From: Nitrososphaerota archaeon
Lineage (GTDB): Archaea > Thermoproteota > Nitrososphaeria > PSMU01
Length of the DNA: 64,000 bases
Assembly: GCA_040290255.1 (NCBI GenBank)
Contig: PSMU01000002.1
Location: 32,001-96,000, forward strand
Direction: 5' to 3'
Below the pieces are notes generated by a model. That model did not search any database, was not told the origin of the DNA, and was given only the letters and a program-made list of their open reading frames with translations. Positions 47,471-56,903 of the stretch are shown here, one piece after another (within the stretch, counting starts at the first letter, position 1; each line of letters begins with the position of its first letter). The translations under genes and the position numbers were made by a program.

Positions 47471-48486
47471 GGCCTTAGGAGCACCCTGCCTATGGCCTCC
47501 TTGTTCTTCAGCGCCCGGTGTGCCTTCTCGGCCTCCTCTAGCGGCAGGGTCGCATGTACGATGGGCATGACCCTACCCCTGGCGTGAAGGGAGAGCGCGG
47601 CAGCAAGCTCGGCCCTCGTGCAGCCCACCGAGCCCAGGATGGCGTTTTCGCGCAGGATCAGCAACCCCAGCCCGAGCTGGGCCGGCGTGGGCTCCACGTT
47701 CCCCACCTGCACGATCCTCCCTCCCCAGCGAAGGGCCCTCAGGCTCTCCTCCAGCGTGGGCCTGCCGACGGCTTCGAGCACAAGGTCAACGCCCTCGCCC
47801 CCGGTGAGCTCCTTGACGCGTTGGGAAAAGCGGCCCTGCTCCGCCACGATCACCTCATTGGCCCCCGCCCTCCTTATCGCCTCCTCCTTCCAGGGGGAGC
47901 TCGTCACCGCTATGACCCTCGCTCCATAGCTCCTTGCAAGCTGTACGGCATGAATCCCCACGCCTCCTCCCGCGCCCGTGACCAGCACCGCCTCCCCCCT
48001 CCTCAGCCTTCCCCTCGCCTTAAGCGCATGCACCAGCATGCCCGTTACGCAGGCCGCGATGGTGGCCGCCTCCCAGGAGACCTTGGCCGGAAGCTTGACC
48101 AGGCCGTTGACGTGCGCTTTTATCCTCTCAGCATAGGAGCCATCCAGCTCCTCGCCGTAGGTCCTCTTGTTCCTGCAGAGGTTCTCCTCGCCCGCCGCGC
48201 ACCTGTCACAGCTAAGGCAGGGGACATAGATAAGCGAGGCCACCCTGTCGCCTTCCCTGAACTCCTTCACGCCGGGCCCCACGGCCTCGACCACCCCGGC
48301 GATTTCATGTCCCAGCACCACGCCGGGCTTGGCCCGGGGGAAGAAGCCCTCGGCCGTGAGCACGTCCCTGTAGCAGACCCCCGTATAGATTGGCCTGAGC
48401 ACTACTTCTCCCGGTCCCGGCTCCGGGTTGGGGAGCTGGGCCAGCTCAAGCCCCTTATTCCCGGGGCCCAGCCGCACCGCCTTCAC
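47467..48486 (-). CDS. Zinc-dependent medium-chain dehydrogenase/reductase
   Basis: GVCYRD, GHE, CLSCDRC...C, VTGAGGGVG. Confidence 0.92.
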   Translation of the reverse strand: MKAVRLGPGNKGLELAQLPNPEPGPGEVVLRPIYTGVCYRDVLTAEGFFPRAKPGVVLGHEIAGVVEAVGPGVKEFREGDRVASLIYVPCLSCDRCAAGEENLCRNKRTYGEELDGSYAERIKAHVNGLVKLPAKVSWEAATIAACVTGMLVHALKARGRLRRGEAVLVTGAGGGVGIHAVQLARSYGARVIAVTSSPWKEEAIRRAGANEVIVAEQGRFSQRVKELTGGEGVDLVLEAVGRPTLEESLRALRWGGRIVQVGNVEPTPAQLGLGLLILRENAILGSVGCTRAELAAALSLHARGRVMPIVHATLPLEEAEKAHRALKNKEAIGRVLLRP

Positions 48487-48560
48487 GCGCGCGTAGCCCC
48501 CCTGTGGCCTAAAATGCTTATCCGAGGCAACCATTTAAATCTCGTCCGCCGCATCAGGGC

Positions 48561-49814
48561 GTGGCGCTTGAGGCGCTGACGCTGGAGGACCTGGAGCTCG
48601 AAGGCAAGACGATCTTCGTCAGGGCCGACCTCAATAGCCCCGTGGATCCCAAGAGCGGCAAGCTGCTGGACGTCAGCCGGCTGCAGGAGGCGGCGCTTAC
48701 GCTGAGGGCCCTGGCCAGGTACTCGAAGGTGGTGGTGGCCTCCCATCAGGGCAGGGTGGGGCGAAGCGACTACATCTCCATGGAGCAGCATGCAAAGGAG
48801 CTCTCCAGGCTCCTAGGAAGGCCCGTGGCCTTCGTCATGGATGTGATGGGCGAAGCGGCCCAGCGCCGCATAGCCGCGTTGAGCCCGGGCGAGATCCTGC
48901 TGTTGGACAACCTCCGCTTCGTGGCCGAGGAGAATATGGAGTTCAGCTTCGAGGAGGCCAAGAAGACGGTGCTCGTGAGGAGGCTCGCGCCGCTCTTCGA
49001 TGCAGTGGTGCTCGATGCCTTCCCCACCGCGCATAGGGCGCATCCCTCGATCATAGGCTTCAGCGAGCTACTGCCCACGGCCGCGGGAAGGCTCGTGGTG
49101 AAGGAGCTGAAGGCCCTATCGAGGCTCGAGAATGTAACCAAGGGCCCCTTCGTGGCCCTGCTCGGAGGGGCAAAGGTGGGCGATAGGCTGGAGGCGATAG
49201 AGCAGTTCGTGACCAGCGGCAGGGTCGAAAAGGTGCTCGTGGCGGGGCTCCTGGCCAGCCTCTTCCTCAAGGCGAAGGGCACGATTAAGTACCCGCTTGG
49301 GATTGAGAAGGAGGAAGAGGCCTGCGGAAAGGTCCGGCGGCTCCTGGAAGAACACCCGGAGCTCTTTGAGCTGCCCTCCGACGTGGCCGTGGACAGGGGA
49401 GGGGAAAGGGTGGAGGTGCCCGTGAGCGAGGTAAGAGAAGGGGAGCGCATCTATGACCTGGGCAGCGCCACGATAGCCAGGTATGCCCGATACATCCTAG
49501 GAGCGGGGACCGTCTTCGTGAGCGGTCCTCCGGGGCTCTTCGAGAGGGAGGAGTTCAGCGAGGGCACGAGAAGGCTTCTGGAGGCCGTCGCCTCTTCATA
49601 CGCGACCACGGTGGTGAGCGGGGGCCACCTGAACGCGGCCCTGCAGAAGTATGGCATAAGGGACTCCATCGATCTCGTCAGCACGGCGGGTGGGGCGCTG
49701 GTGCTGTACCTCGCCGGCAGGAGGCTGCCCATGCTCGAGGCCCTGCAGAGGGCCTATAAGAGATGGCGCGAGCAGCACGTGGCCCCGAGGGCCCCCGGCC
49801 AGGCCTCGCCATAA
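48561..49814 (+). CDS. pgk: Phosphoglycerate kinase
   Basis: RADLNSP, SHQGR, LDNLRF, DAFPTAHR, LGGAKV, STAGGA. Confidence 0.96.
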   Translation: MALEALTLEDLELEGKTIFVRADLNSPVDPKSGKLLDVSRLQEAALTLRALARYSKVVVASHQGRVGRSDYISMEQHAKELSRLLGRPVAFVMDVMGEAAQRRIAALSPGEILLLDNLRFVAEENMEFSFEEAKKTVLVRRLAPLFDAVVLDAFPTAHRAHPSIIGFSELLPTAAGRLVVKELKALSRLENVTKGPFVALLGGAKVGDRLEAIEQFVTSGRVEKVLVAGLLASLFLKAKGTIKYPLGIEKEEEACGKVRRLLEEHPELFELPSDVAVDRGGERVEVPVSEVREGERIYDLGSATIARYARYILGAGTVFVSGPPGLFEREEFSEGTRRLLEAVASSYATTVVSGGHLNAALQKYGIRDSIDLVSTAGGALVLYLAGRRLPMLEALQRAYKRWREQHVAPRAPGQASP

Positions 49815-49944
49815 CGTCACGAAGCTATTTTGCTCTAGGCGCTCCAAACGACGCAGCAGGGGGGCCAAGGCCTGCGCCCGGAACTCTTATAAGAAGGCAG
49901 GGCGCCGGGCTACAGGCTCCTGCCACCGGGCACCCGCTTGAGTC

Positions 49945-50673
49945 GTGATAGCGGGACGACGAGCGGGAGCCACAGGGCAAAATTTGAGCCTAGAGGACAC
50001 GAGGAGGGCGCTGCAGGCCCTGGCCCAGGAGGTTATAGCCTGCGAGCGATGTCCTAGGCTAAGGCAGTATTGTATGCAGATAGCCCGTGAGAAGGTGAGG
50101 CGCTTCAGGGACTGGGAGTACTGGGGCAGGCCCGTGCCGGGCTTTGGAGACCCCGCCGCGAAGATCCTAGTGATAGGGCTTGCGCCCGCCGCGCACGGCG
50201 GGAATCGGACGGGGCGCATGTTTACAGGCGACAGCTCGGGGGACTGGCTCATCAGGGCGCTTTACGAGCAGGGGTTCGCCAACCAACCCTTTTCCTCGCA
50301 TAGAGATGACGGCCTTGAGCTAAGGGGTGTATACATCACCGCGATCGTGCGCTGCGCGCCGCCCAACAACAGGCCGACGCGCGAGGAGATCGAGAACTGC
50401 AGCCCTTACCTGCTCGCTGAGCTCGAGATCCTGAGGGATGTAAAGGTGGTCATAGCGCTGGGGCGCATCGCCTTTGAGAATTACCTCAGGAGGGTCGTCC
50501 GAAGCCGGGCCGGGTATGCATTTCGCCATGGCGCGGCGTACAGGCTCCCTAACGGCGTACACCTTATCGCCTCATACCATCCCAGCAGGCAGAACACCCA
50601 GACGGGCAGGCTAACGTGGGCCGCCTGGTCCGGCATCTTTCGACTGGCAAGGGAGCTTGCCTCTCGGCCCTAG
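49945..50673 (+). CDS. Family 5 uracil-DNA glycosylase (UdgB-like)
   Basis: CERCPRL, GLAPAAHGGNRTGRMFTGD, RCAPP, YHPSRQNT. Confidence 0.92.
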   Translation: MIAGRRAGATGQNLSLEDTRRALQALAQEVIACERCPRLRQYCMQIAREKVRRFRDWEYWGRPVPGFGDPAAKILVIGLAPAAHGGNRTGRMFTGDSSGDWLIRALYEQGFANQPFSSHRDDGLELRGVYITAIVRCAPPNNRPTREEIENCSPYLLAELEILRDVKVVIALGRIAFENYLRRVVRSRAGYAFRHGAAYRLPNGVHLIASYHPSRQNTQTGRLTWAAWSGIFRLARELASRP

Positions 50674-50733
50674 GGAAGCGACTTAATGCGGGAGCCCATC
50701 TTCCTCAGCCCTTGGCGCGGTTCCCGCTGAAGG

Positions 50734-51186
50734 CTAGGATTGCCCCCTATGTCCATGGGACATGAGCCTGTGCACCTGCATCATGCAGGCATCCATGACC
50801 ACCGCGATCCCGGCCTCTTCGCAGAGGCGCGCGGCCTCACCGTTCTCCAGGCCCAGCTGAGCCCAGAAGACGAAGGGCCTGCCATATCTTCTCTTCAGCT
50901 CCACGGCCTCCTCGGCCACCCTCGGTAACTCCTCGCTGGGCCTGAAGACATCTACCACCTCCACCTCCTTTGCCACCTCGGGAGGAAGGCCCAGCAACGA
51001 GGGATAGGCCTTTTCCCCCAGGATCTCCTGCGCGCTGGGGTTGATGGGGATTATCCTGTAACCTTTCTCCTTGAGATAGGCGGGGACGGTGTGCGCATCC
51101 TTCTCGGGGTTTCTCGAGGCGCCCACCACCGCGATGACCCTGTACCTGTTCAGCACCTCCCTCGGGTCCACCGTTGCGTATGTCAT
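50734..51186 (-). CDS. CoA-binding protein (YccU-like)
   Basis: IAVVGAS, PINP, VDVFRP, WAQLG, VMDAC. Confidence 0.92.
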   Translation of the reverse strand: MTYATVDPREVLNRYRVIAVVGASRNPEKDAHTVPAYLKEKGYRIIPINPSAQEILGEKAYPSLLGLPPEVAKEVEVVDVFRPSEELPRVAEEAVELKRRYGRPFVFWAQLGLENGEAARLCEEAGIAVVMDACMMQVHRLMSHGHRGQS

Positions 51187-51253
51187 GCTGCCTTAAGCGC
51201 CAGGAACGATTTAAGCTTAAGTGCGACCACTTGAAGCGGCCGCCGAAGGGGCC

Positions 51254-51430
51254 ATGGCCGAAAAGCTGCTCAAGTTCATCCGGGTCTCCAGCAGGACCTA
51301 TGAGAGGCTCAAGAGAATGGGCAGGAAGGGCGAAACGTTTAACGACATAATCGAGAGGCTGCTCGACTTCTGGGAGGAGCAGGCCGACAGGACATCGAGC
51401 ATCAAAAGGGAAAAGGCTCGCACCGTATAG
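51254..51430 (+). CDS. Small antitoxin-like/RHH DNA-binding protein with no adjacent toxin
   Basis: IRVSSRTYERLKRMGRKGETFNDIIERLLD. Confidence 0.7.
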   Translation: MAEKLLKFIRVSSRTYERLKRMGRKGETFNDIIERLLDFWEEQADRTSSIKREKARTV

Positions 51431-51439
51431 AGGGCTAGG

Positions 51440-52390
51440 CTAAATGGGATAAGCGCCGCAGAACCTGCAGTGCACGGACGACCTCCTGGCTCGGGCGCGG
51501 CATGCCGGACAAAGCTTGCTTCCCCTTCCCATATTCGCTGGAGGGCCGTAGGCCTTTCTGAAGTGTCGATAATATACCAGCTGCTCCGCATCCCTGAGCC
51601 TAACCGCGTCCTGCTCCGCATAGTGCTTGCTAAGCTTGCCATAAAGCCCCACGTCGATGCCTGAGGCGAGCTCCTCGGCCAGAAGGTCTATGCCCGAGCC
51701 GGCGCTGATATGCAGCTTTGGCCTCCAGGCCAGCTCAGGGGTTATCAGATCCTCAAAGGCCTTCCGTAGGATCCACTTGCCCCATATCCCGCTCCCCTCC
51801 TTCCTGACCTTAAGCGAAGGGTCTATCCCCATGGCGAGCCGCTTGAGCTCCTCGTGGAGATACGGAAGCCGGGCCCTGAGCCCAAGGCTTTGCGCCAGGG
51901 GTATCGAGGAGAACCTCATCCCCCTCCACGTCCTCCTGAGGGCGCTTATCAGCCGCCGCCTGTCCAGCTCGAGGTAAAAGGAGTAGCCGGCGAAGAGCTC
52001 ATCGCCGCCGTCGCCCGTCATCAGCGAGGATAAGCCCAGCTCCTTTGCCTTCAGCAGCGCCAGGTAAACGGCCGTGCCTCCCCGGACCTCCATGGTATCA
52101 AAGGTCTTCAACTCCCTTATTACATGCCCGGCCGCCGCTTCATATTCATCAAGGCCAGGTCTTATAATATGATGCCGAAGCCCGAAGAGCTTCGCTGCCC
52201 TGCGCGCATACATCAGGTCGGGCGAATTCCCTACTGAAACCGTGAGCGCGAGCGGGTCTGAGTAGCGGGAGGCCAGGCAGGCCAGTATCGAAGTGTCCAG
52301 CCCGCCGGAGAGGAGGAGCCCATCGGCTAGGTTTGCCCGCACGGCCTCGCTCAACTTCCCCCTGAGCAGCTCTATCAGCTTGGCCAGCAT
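51440..52390 (-). CDS. Asparagine-synthase C-terminal-domain protein with zinc ribbon
   Basis: LLSGGLDTS PP-loop, TGDGGDELFAGY, GKWILRKAF; CPAC...CRFC; no glutaminase domain. Confidence 0.88.
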   Translation of the reverse strand: MLAKLIELLRGKLSEAVRANLADGLLLSGGLDTSILACLASRYSDPLALTVSVGNSPDLMYARRAAKLFGLRHHIIRPGLDEYEAAAGHVIRELKTFDTMEVRGGTAVYLALLKAKELGLSSLMTGDGGDELFAGYSFYLELDRRRLISALRRTWRGMRFSSIPLAQSLGLRARLPYLHEELKRLAMGIDPSLKVRKEGSGIWGKWILRKAFEDLITPELAWRPKLHISAGSGIDLLAEELASGIDVGLYGKLSKHYAEQDAVRLRDAEQLVYYRHFRKAYGPPANMGRGSKLCPACRARARRSSVHCRFCGAYPI

Positions 52391-52489
52391 GGCCAAGCCA
52401 AAAGGGGTGGGGCGCCGTATTTAAAGATGGATGGCTCATCCATCCTGGCCATCTCGAGGCGCTGCTAGCGGCAAAAAAGCAAAAATTGG

Positions 52490-54067
52490 CTACTCGGGAG
52501 GTATCTCCTTGAACACGAGCTCTATGGGCACCCCCTTCCTCTTGGCCGAAAGATATCCCGCTATGTAGACCGCGGCCCCCAGGGCGTAGATGAGCAGGTA
52601 GGTGATGCCGCTGCGCGCATCGAGGGGCAAGTTGCCGACGGCGATCGAGAGGTAGGTGGAAAAGATAAGGTAGAGGGCCGTGGCGACGCCCAGCCACGTG
52701 AGAAGCGGAATGCCCAGAATCCTTCTCTTGATGAGTATGACCCTCTCATACATATCCCGCCTGATGTAGGGGAAGAGGGCCGCGGCGATGGACGGAATTA
52801 TGAAGCCGAATGTGAAGATGGGGAAGGTCGTCACATCTATGCCGGCATCGGGGAAGAAGTCCAAAATGGCCGCGGCCAGGGTCCCGCCGGCTATGACGAT
52901 GAGCGAGGCGATGAGCGGGGTATGCAGCCTCTCGCTCACGCTGGCCAGCCTCTCGGGCAGGATCCTGTCGAAGGCCCACGTGAAGATGTAGCGCGTCTGT
53001 GAAATCAGGTTGGGGGGGTTGCTGCCGTAGTTGGGCAACCATAGGGCCAGAAACATCAGTATCAGCAATAGGGGGCTTTTGTAGACGACGAAGGCCAAGA
53101 AGGGCCAGAAGCTACCTACGCCGCTAAAGGGCAGCGAGCCCTGGCTGTCCAAATTGCTCCAGGCCTCTAGGAAGGACTGGCCAAAGGCGTGAAAGGCCAG
53201 GACCGTGAAGGCGACGTAGTAAATGAAGACCCAGATGAGCGCGCCTATTATGGCGATGAACATGGACCTCCTGACGGACTTCATCTCGCCCGCCCAGGCG
53301 TTCGGCAGCGTGTACCACGTGTAGGAGAACCAGGCGAAGGGCAGCGCCGCAAAGGTGGCGGGCCAGAGCCCCGGCGACTCCAGGCTGCCCTGGGAGAGGA
53401 TTCCCTCGTAGCTGGTGTAATTCCCTGAGGCGGCGAAGGCGTCGTATGCCGCCCTGAAGGACTCAGGCGTTATCGCGGCCAAGGCCCCGAAAAAGACCGC
53501 GGTGGCCACCATTGAAGCAATGCCCGTCCAGAGCACGAAACCCCACGCATATTTGGGTCGGAGGAGCGAGATGATGCCCGTGGGGATAATCGTCGTCAGC
53601 ATCGTCATCGCAAAGGAGGGCACGGGCTCGGTGAGGTAGGAGCCTAGCTGTGCGAGGCCGGGATTGTTATACAGAATGCCCATCGAGGCCAGCGTCGAGC
53701 CTATGTACTTGGTGCCTAGAAAGGAGAAGATTCCGAAGTTGAGTATCCATGCCGCCACGAGCCCAAAGTGATTCACGAACGCGATGAAGGGGTGCAGGGC
53801 CCTGCTCACGAAGATATAGTCCGCGCCCGAGCGTGGGAGGGATATGCCTATGATGACCGCCAGGCTGGCTAGAGTCAGCGAGGGCAAGAAGGCGATGAGC
53901 CAAGCGACGGGCCAGTTCGCGCCGGGGGCCGTATATAATAGTGAGACGAAGAGGATGGGCACTCCTCCCGTTACAAGTCCGAAGACGGCGAAGAAGGAGG
54001 ACCAGGGCCCCACCTCCCTGACGAGTCCCGTGGCTTCCCTGACGAAGACGAGCCTCTTTTCCGCCAT
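52490..54067 (-). CDS. APC-family amino acid/amine permease
   Basis: FVREATGLVRE, PRSGADY, WAFDRILP, FKEIPPE C-terminus; about 12 TM helices. Confidence 0.92.
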   Translation of the reverse strand: MAEKRLVFVREATGLVREVGPWSSFFAVFGLVTGGVPILFVSLLYTAPGANWPVAWLIAFLPSLTLASLAVIIGISLPRSGADYIFVSRALHPFIAFVNHFGLVAAWILNFGIFSFLGTKYIGSTLASMGILYNNPGLAQLGSYLTEPVPSFAMTMLTTIIPTGIISLLRPKYAWGFVLWTGIASMVATAVFFGALAAITPESFRAAYDAFAASGNYTSYEGILSQGSLESPGLWPATFAALPFAWFSYTWYTLPNAWAGEMKSVRRSMFIAIIGALIWVFIYYVAFTVLAFHAFGQSFLEAWSNLDSQGSLPFSGVGSFWPFLAFVVYKSPLLLILMFLALWLPNYGSNPPNLISQTRYIFTWAFDRILPERLASVSERLHTPLIASLIVIAGGTLAAAILDFFPDAGIDVTTFPIFTFGFIIPSIAAALFPYIRRDMYERVILIKRRILGIPLLTWLGVATALYLIFSTYLSIAVGNLPLDARSGITYLLIYALGAAVYIAGYLSAKRKGVPIELVFKEIPPE

Positions 54068-54211
54068 TTTCACAAGATTATCAGCTTATGTTTTTAGCCT
54101 TTAGCTCTTCGCCGTTGCTATCCGGCACTCTGTAAGCACGTGGGCCACCAGAGGCTAGGGGTGGCGCCTGCTCAGCGCCAATCTTATATGTTTCGGAAAC
54201 GCTAAGCTTAC

Positions 54212-55219
54212 GTGGCCCCCTCGGCTTCTTACGTGGTCATCAACATGACGCCCCTTCCCTCAGCCTTAATCAGGCCGCTGCTCGCTGCCTATGCCCATGA
54301 TCTCAGCATAGAGGTGGTGGATGTGCATGGCAAGGACAGAGGCTATGTCCTCTCGCAGCTCGAAAGGGCGGATGTGGTCATAGGCGATTACACCTTCAGC
54401 ATGAAAATCGACCGCGAAATGCTCGACAGGATGGCCAGAGTTAGGCTCATAGCTCAGCCCAGCACGGGCTACGACCACATAGATGTCGAGTACGCCGCAA
54501 AGAGGGGCATACCTGTGGCCAACATAGGAGCTGCCAACGCCGCCAGCGTGGCGGAGCACACCATCTTGCTCGCGCTGGCCCTGCTGAAGAGGCTGGGTCA
54601 AGCGCATGCGAGGACCGCGGGCGGCCGCTGGGCCCAGCAGGAGTTCATGGACCTGGGCGTATATGAGCTACAGGGAAAGACCTGGGGCATCCTGGGCTTC
54701 GGCAGGATAGGGCGTGAGGTAGCTAAAAGGCTGGCCGGCTGGGGCGTGAGGCTGCTCTACTACGATAAGGTGAGGGCTCCGGAGGAGCTCGAGAGGCAGC
54801 TGGGCGCGGCGCCGAGCGACCTGGCGGGCCTGCTTAGGCAGGCAGACGTAGTGAGCGTTCACCTCCCCCTGAGCCTGGAGACCTCTAGGCTGCTGGGCGA
54901 GAGGGAGCTCAGGATGATGAAGCCCACGGCCGTGCTCGTGAACACCTCGCGCGGCGAGATCGTGGATGAGCAGGCGCTGGCGAGGGCGTTAGAGCAGAGG
55001 TGGATCTTGGGCGCGGCCGTAGATGTCTTCTCCAGCGAGCCCCCTCCTTCGGATCATCCGCTCATCAGGCTCGCCGCCATGGGCGCGAACGTGCTGCTGA
55101 CGCCCCACATAGCCGGCGCCACGGCCGAGGCCAGGCAGCGCATCATACAAGTGACCGTGGAGAACGTGGTCCGCGCCCTAAAGGGAGAGAGGCCCCTGAA
55201 CGTGGTGAACCTGTCCTGA
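54212..55219 (+). CDS. D-isomer-specific 2-hydroxyacid dehydrogenase
   Basis: TGYDHID, GFGRIG, NTSRG, DVFSSEP, TPHIAG. Confidence 0.93.
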   Translation: MAPSASYVVINMTPLPSALIRPLLAAYAHDLSIEVVDVHGKDRGYVLSQLERADVVIGDYTFSMKIDREMLDRMARVRLIAQPSTGYDHIDVEYAAKRGIPVANIGAANAASVAEHTILLALALLKRLGQAHARTAGGRWAQQEFMDLGVYELQGKTWGILGFGRIGREVAKRLAGWGVRLLYYDKVRAPEELERQLGAAPSDLAGLLRQADVVSVHLPLSLETSRLLGERELRMMKPTAVLVNTSRGEIVDEQALARALEQRWILGAAVDVFSSEPPPSDHPLIRLAAMGANVLLTPHIAGATAEARQRIIQVTVENVVRALKGERPLNVVNLS

Positions 55220-56898
55220 GCGCCCCGACCTGCGCGCAGGCCATTGTGGCGACGCTGGAGGCGCTGGGGGTAAAGAGGGTATATGGCCTGATAGGCACCT
55301 CGGTCCTAGAGCTCTTCGATGCCCTCTACGAGAGGAGGAACGCCATTAGGCTCATCACCACCAGGCACGAGCAGGTCGCGGCCAGCATGGCCGATGCGGA
55401 GGGCAGGCTCACGGGCTTCCCGGGGACGGCCATAGTGCATGCCGGCCCGGGCTTCCTGAATACGCTCATCTCCGTGGCCAACGCGTACAAGGACAGCTCG
55501 CCCCTGGTGCTCATCGCGGGAGGCGTGAGGAGGAGGCTCAGGGGCCTCGACTCCTGGCTGGAGGTGGACCAGGCCTCCATCATGGCGCCCTTAGCAAAGT
55601 CCGTGCACACAATAACAAACGCCCAGGAAGCGGGGCGCATCCTCGAGGGGGCCTACGAGCAGGCCATGGCGCCTCCCCGGGGCCCCGTCTTCGTGGAGGT
55701 GCCCGAGGATGTGCAGAGGGAGAGCTATGTGGGGGCGCTGGGCGCGAGCGCTATATCAGCTCCCGCGGCACCCGTGGCATCGCCTCAGGACGTCGAGCGC
55801 GCCGCGCGGCAGCTGCAAGCGGCCACAAGGCCCTTGATAATAGCCGGGGGAGGCATCAACTGCGAGGAGGGCGCGCGCCTGCTGGAGCTCTTCGTCGAAC
55901 GCCATCTTATCCCCGTCGCATCCACCGGCAACGGCAGGGGGGCGCTACGCGAGGACCACGAACTCTGCTTGGGAAGAGTGGGCTTCGGCGGGGGCAATCC
56001 CGTGGCCGATTATGCGCTCGCGCGGGCCGACGTGCTTCTCGCTTTGGGGGCCGGCATCTCCGACGTTACTACCTATGCGCACACCAACATGCCCCGAGGA
56101 AGGATAATCTCGGTGAACCTGGACCCTCGCTGCGAGCAGAAGCCGCCGCCCTGCGACCTCCACCTTTTCGCGGATGCGCCCTCCTTTCTAAGGGCCCTTT
56201 ACGAGCTCATGGGCAGCTCATCTTACAGGGCGCCGGCCGAGTGGCTCAGCGAGCTTAGCGAGCGGCGGGAGCTATGGGGCGCGATGCTGGAGCAGGCGCT
56301 CGCCAAGCGAAGCGGCGCTTACGTCAACGCCAATAAATTCTTCGCCGCGCTCGACGAAAGGAGCCCTAGCGATGTAATAGTGAGCGCGGGGCAGGGCCTG
56401 CACATCCTCTACAGCTACGCGTACCAGAGGATACGCGGGCCCCGCTCCTTCCTGGCGGCCACAAATATGGGCTCTATGGGCTTCGCGCTGCCCGCCGCCC
56501 TGGCCGCCAAGCTGGTTTACCCCGCAAGGGAGGTCCTGGCCGTGGTGGGAGATGGGGAGCTGATGATGACGCTGCAGGACTTGGAAACGGCCGTGAGGGA
56601 GAAGCTGGGCATCAGGCTCATCGTGGTCAACGACAACGCCTACGGCGTGCTCTATGCCCGCCAGAGGGTGCAGAAGGGCGGAAGGATTCACGGCACCAGG
56701 TATGGAAATCCCGACTTCGTGCAGCTCGCGCAGGCGTTTGGGCTCAAGGGCATAAGGGTAAGCGCGGATGACCAGATCGCGGCCGCCATAGACGAGATGT
56801 TCGCTCACGAGGGGCCCGTGCTGGTGGAGCTCGTCGTGGACCCCGATGAGCTGCCGCCCACGAACCTGCAGGCCAATTTGGCCATGGGCATGGCCTGA
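55216..56898 (+). CDS. TPP-dependent enzyme (acetolactate-synthase/decarboxylase-like)
   Basis: RHEQ, GPGFLN, GSMGFALP, GDG...ND; probable CTG start overlapping the upstream TGA. Confidence 0.9.
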   Translation: MSAPTCAQAIVATLEALGVKRVYGLIGTSVLELFDALYERRNAIRLITTRHEQVAASMADAEGRLTGFPGTAIVHAGPGFLNTLISVANAYKDSSPLVLIAGGVRRRLRGLDSWLEVDQASIMAPLAKSVHTITNAQEAGRILEGAYEQAMAPPRGPVFVEVPEDVQRESYVGALGASAISAPAAPVASPQDVERAARQLQAATRPLIIAGGGINCEEGARLLELFVERHLIPVASTGNGRGALREDHELCLGRVGFGGGNPVADYALARADVLLALGAGISDVTTYAHTNMPRGRIISVNLDPRCEQKPPPCDLHLFADAPSFLRALYELMGSSSYRAPAEWLSELSERRELWGAMLEQALAKRSGAYVNANKFFAALDERSPSDVIVSAGQGLHILYSYAYQRIRGPRSFLAATNMGSMGFALPAALAAKLVYPAREVLAVVGDGELMMTLQDLETAVREKLGIRLIVVNDNAYGVLYARQRVQKGGRIHGTRYGNPDFVQLAQAFGLKGIRVSADDQIAAAIDEMFAHEGPVLVELVVDPDELPPTNLQANLAMGMA

Positions 56899-56903
56899 TG
56901 CGG

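Noticed and set aside
51254-51430. Complete toxin-antitoxin module
   Set aside because: No PIN or RelE-like toxin ORF is adjacent.
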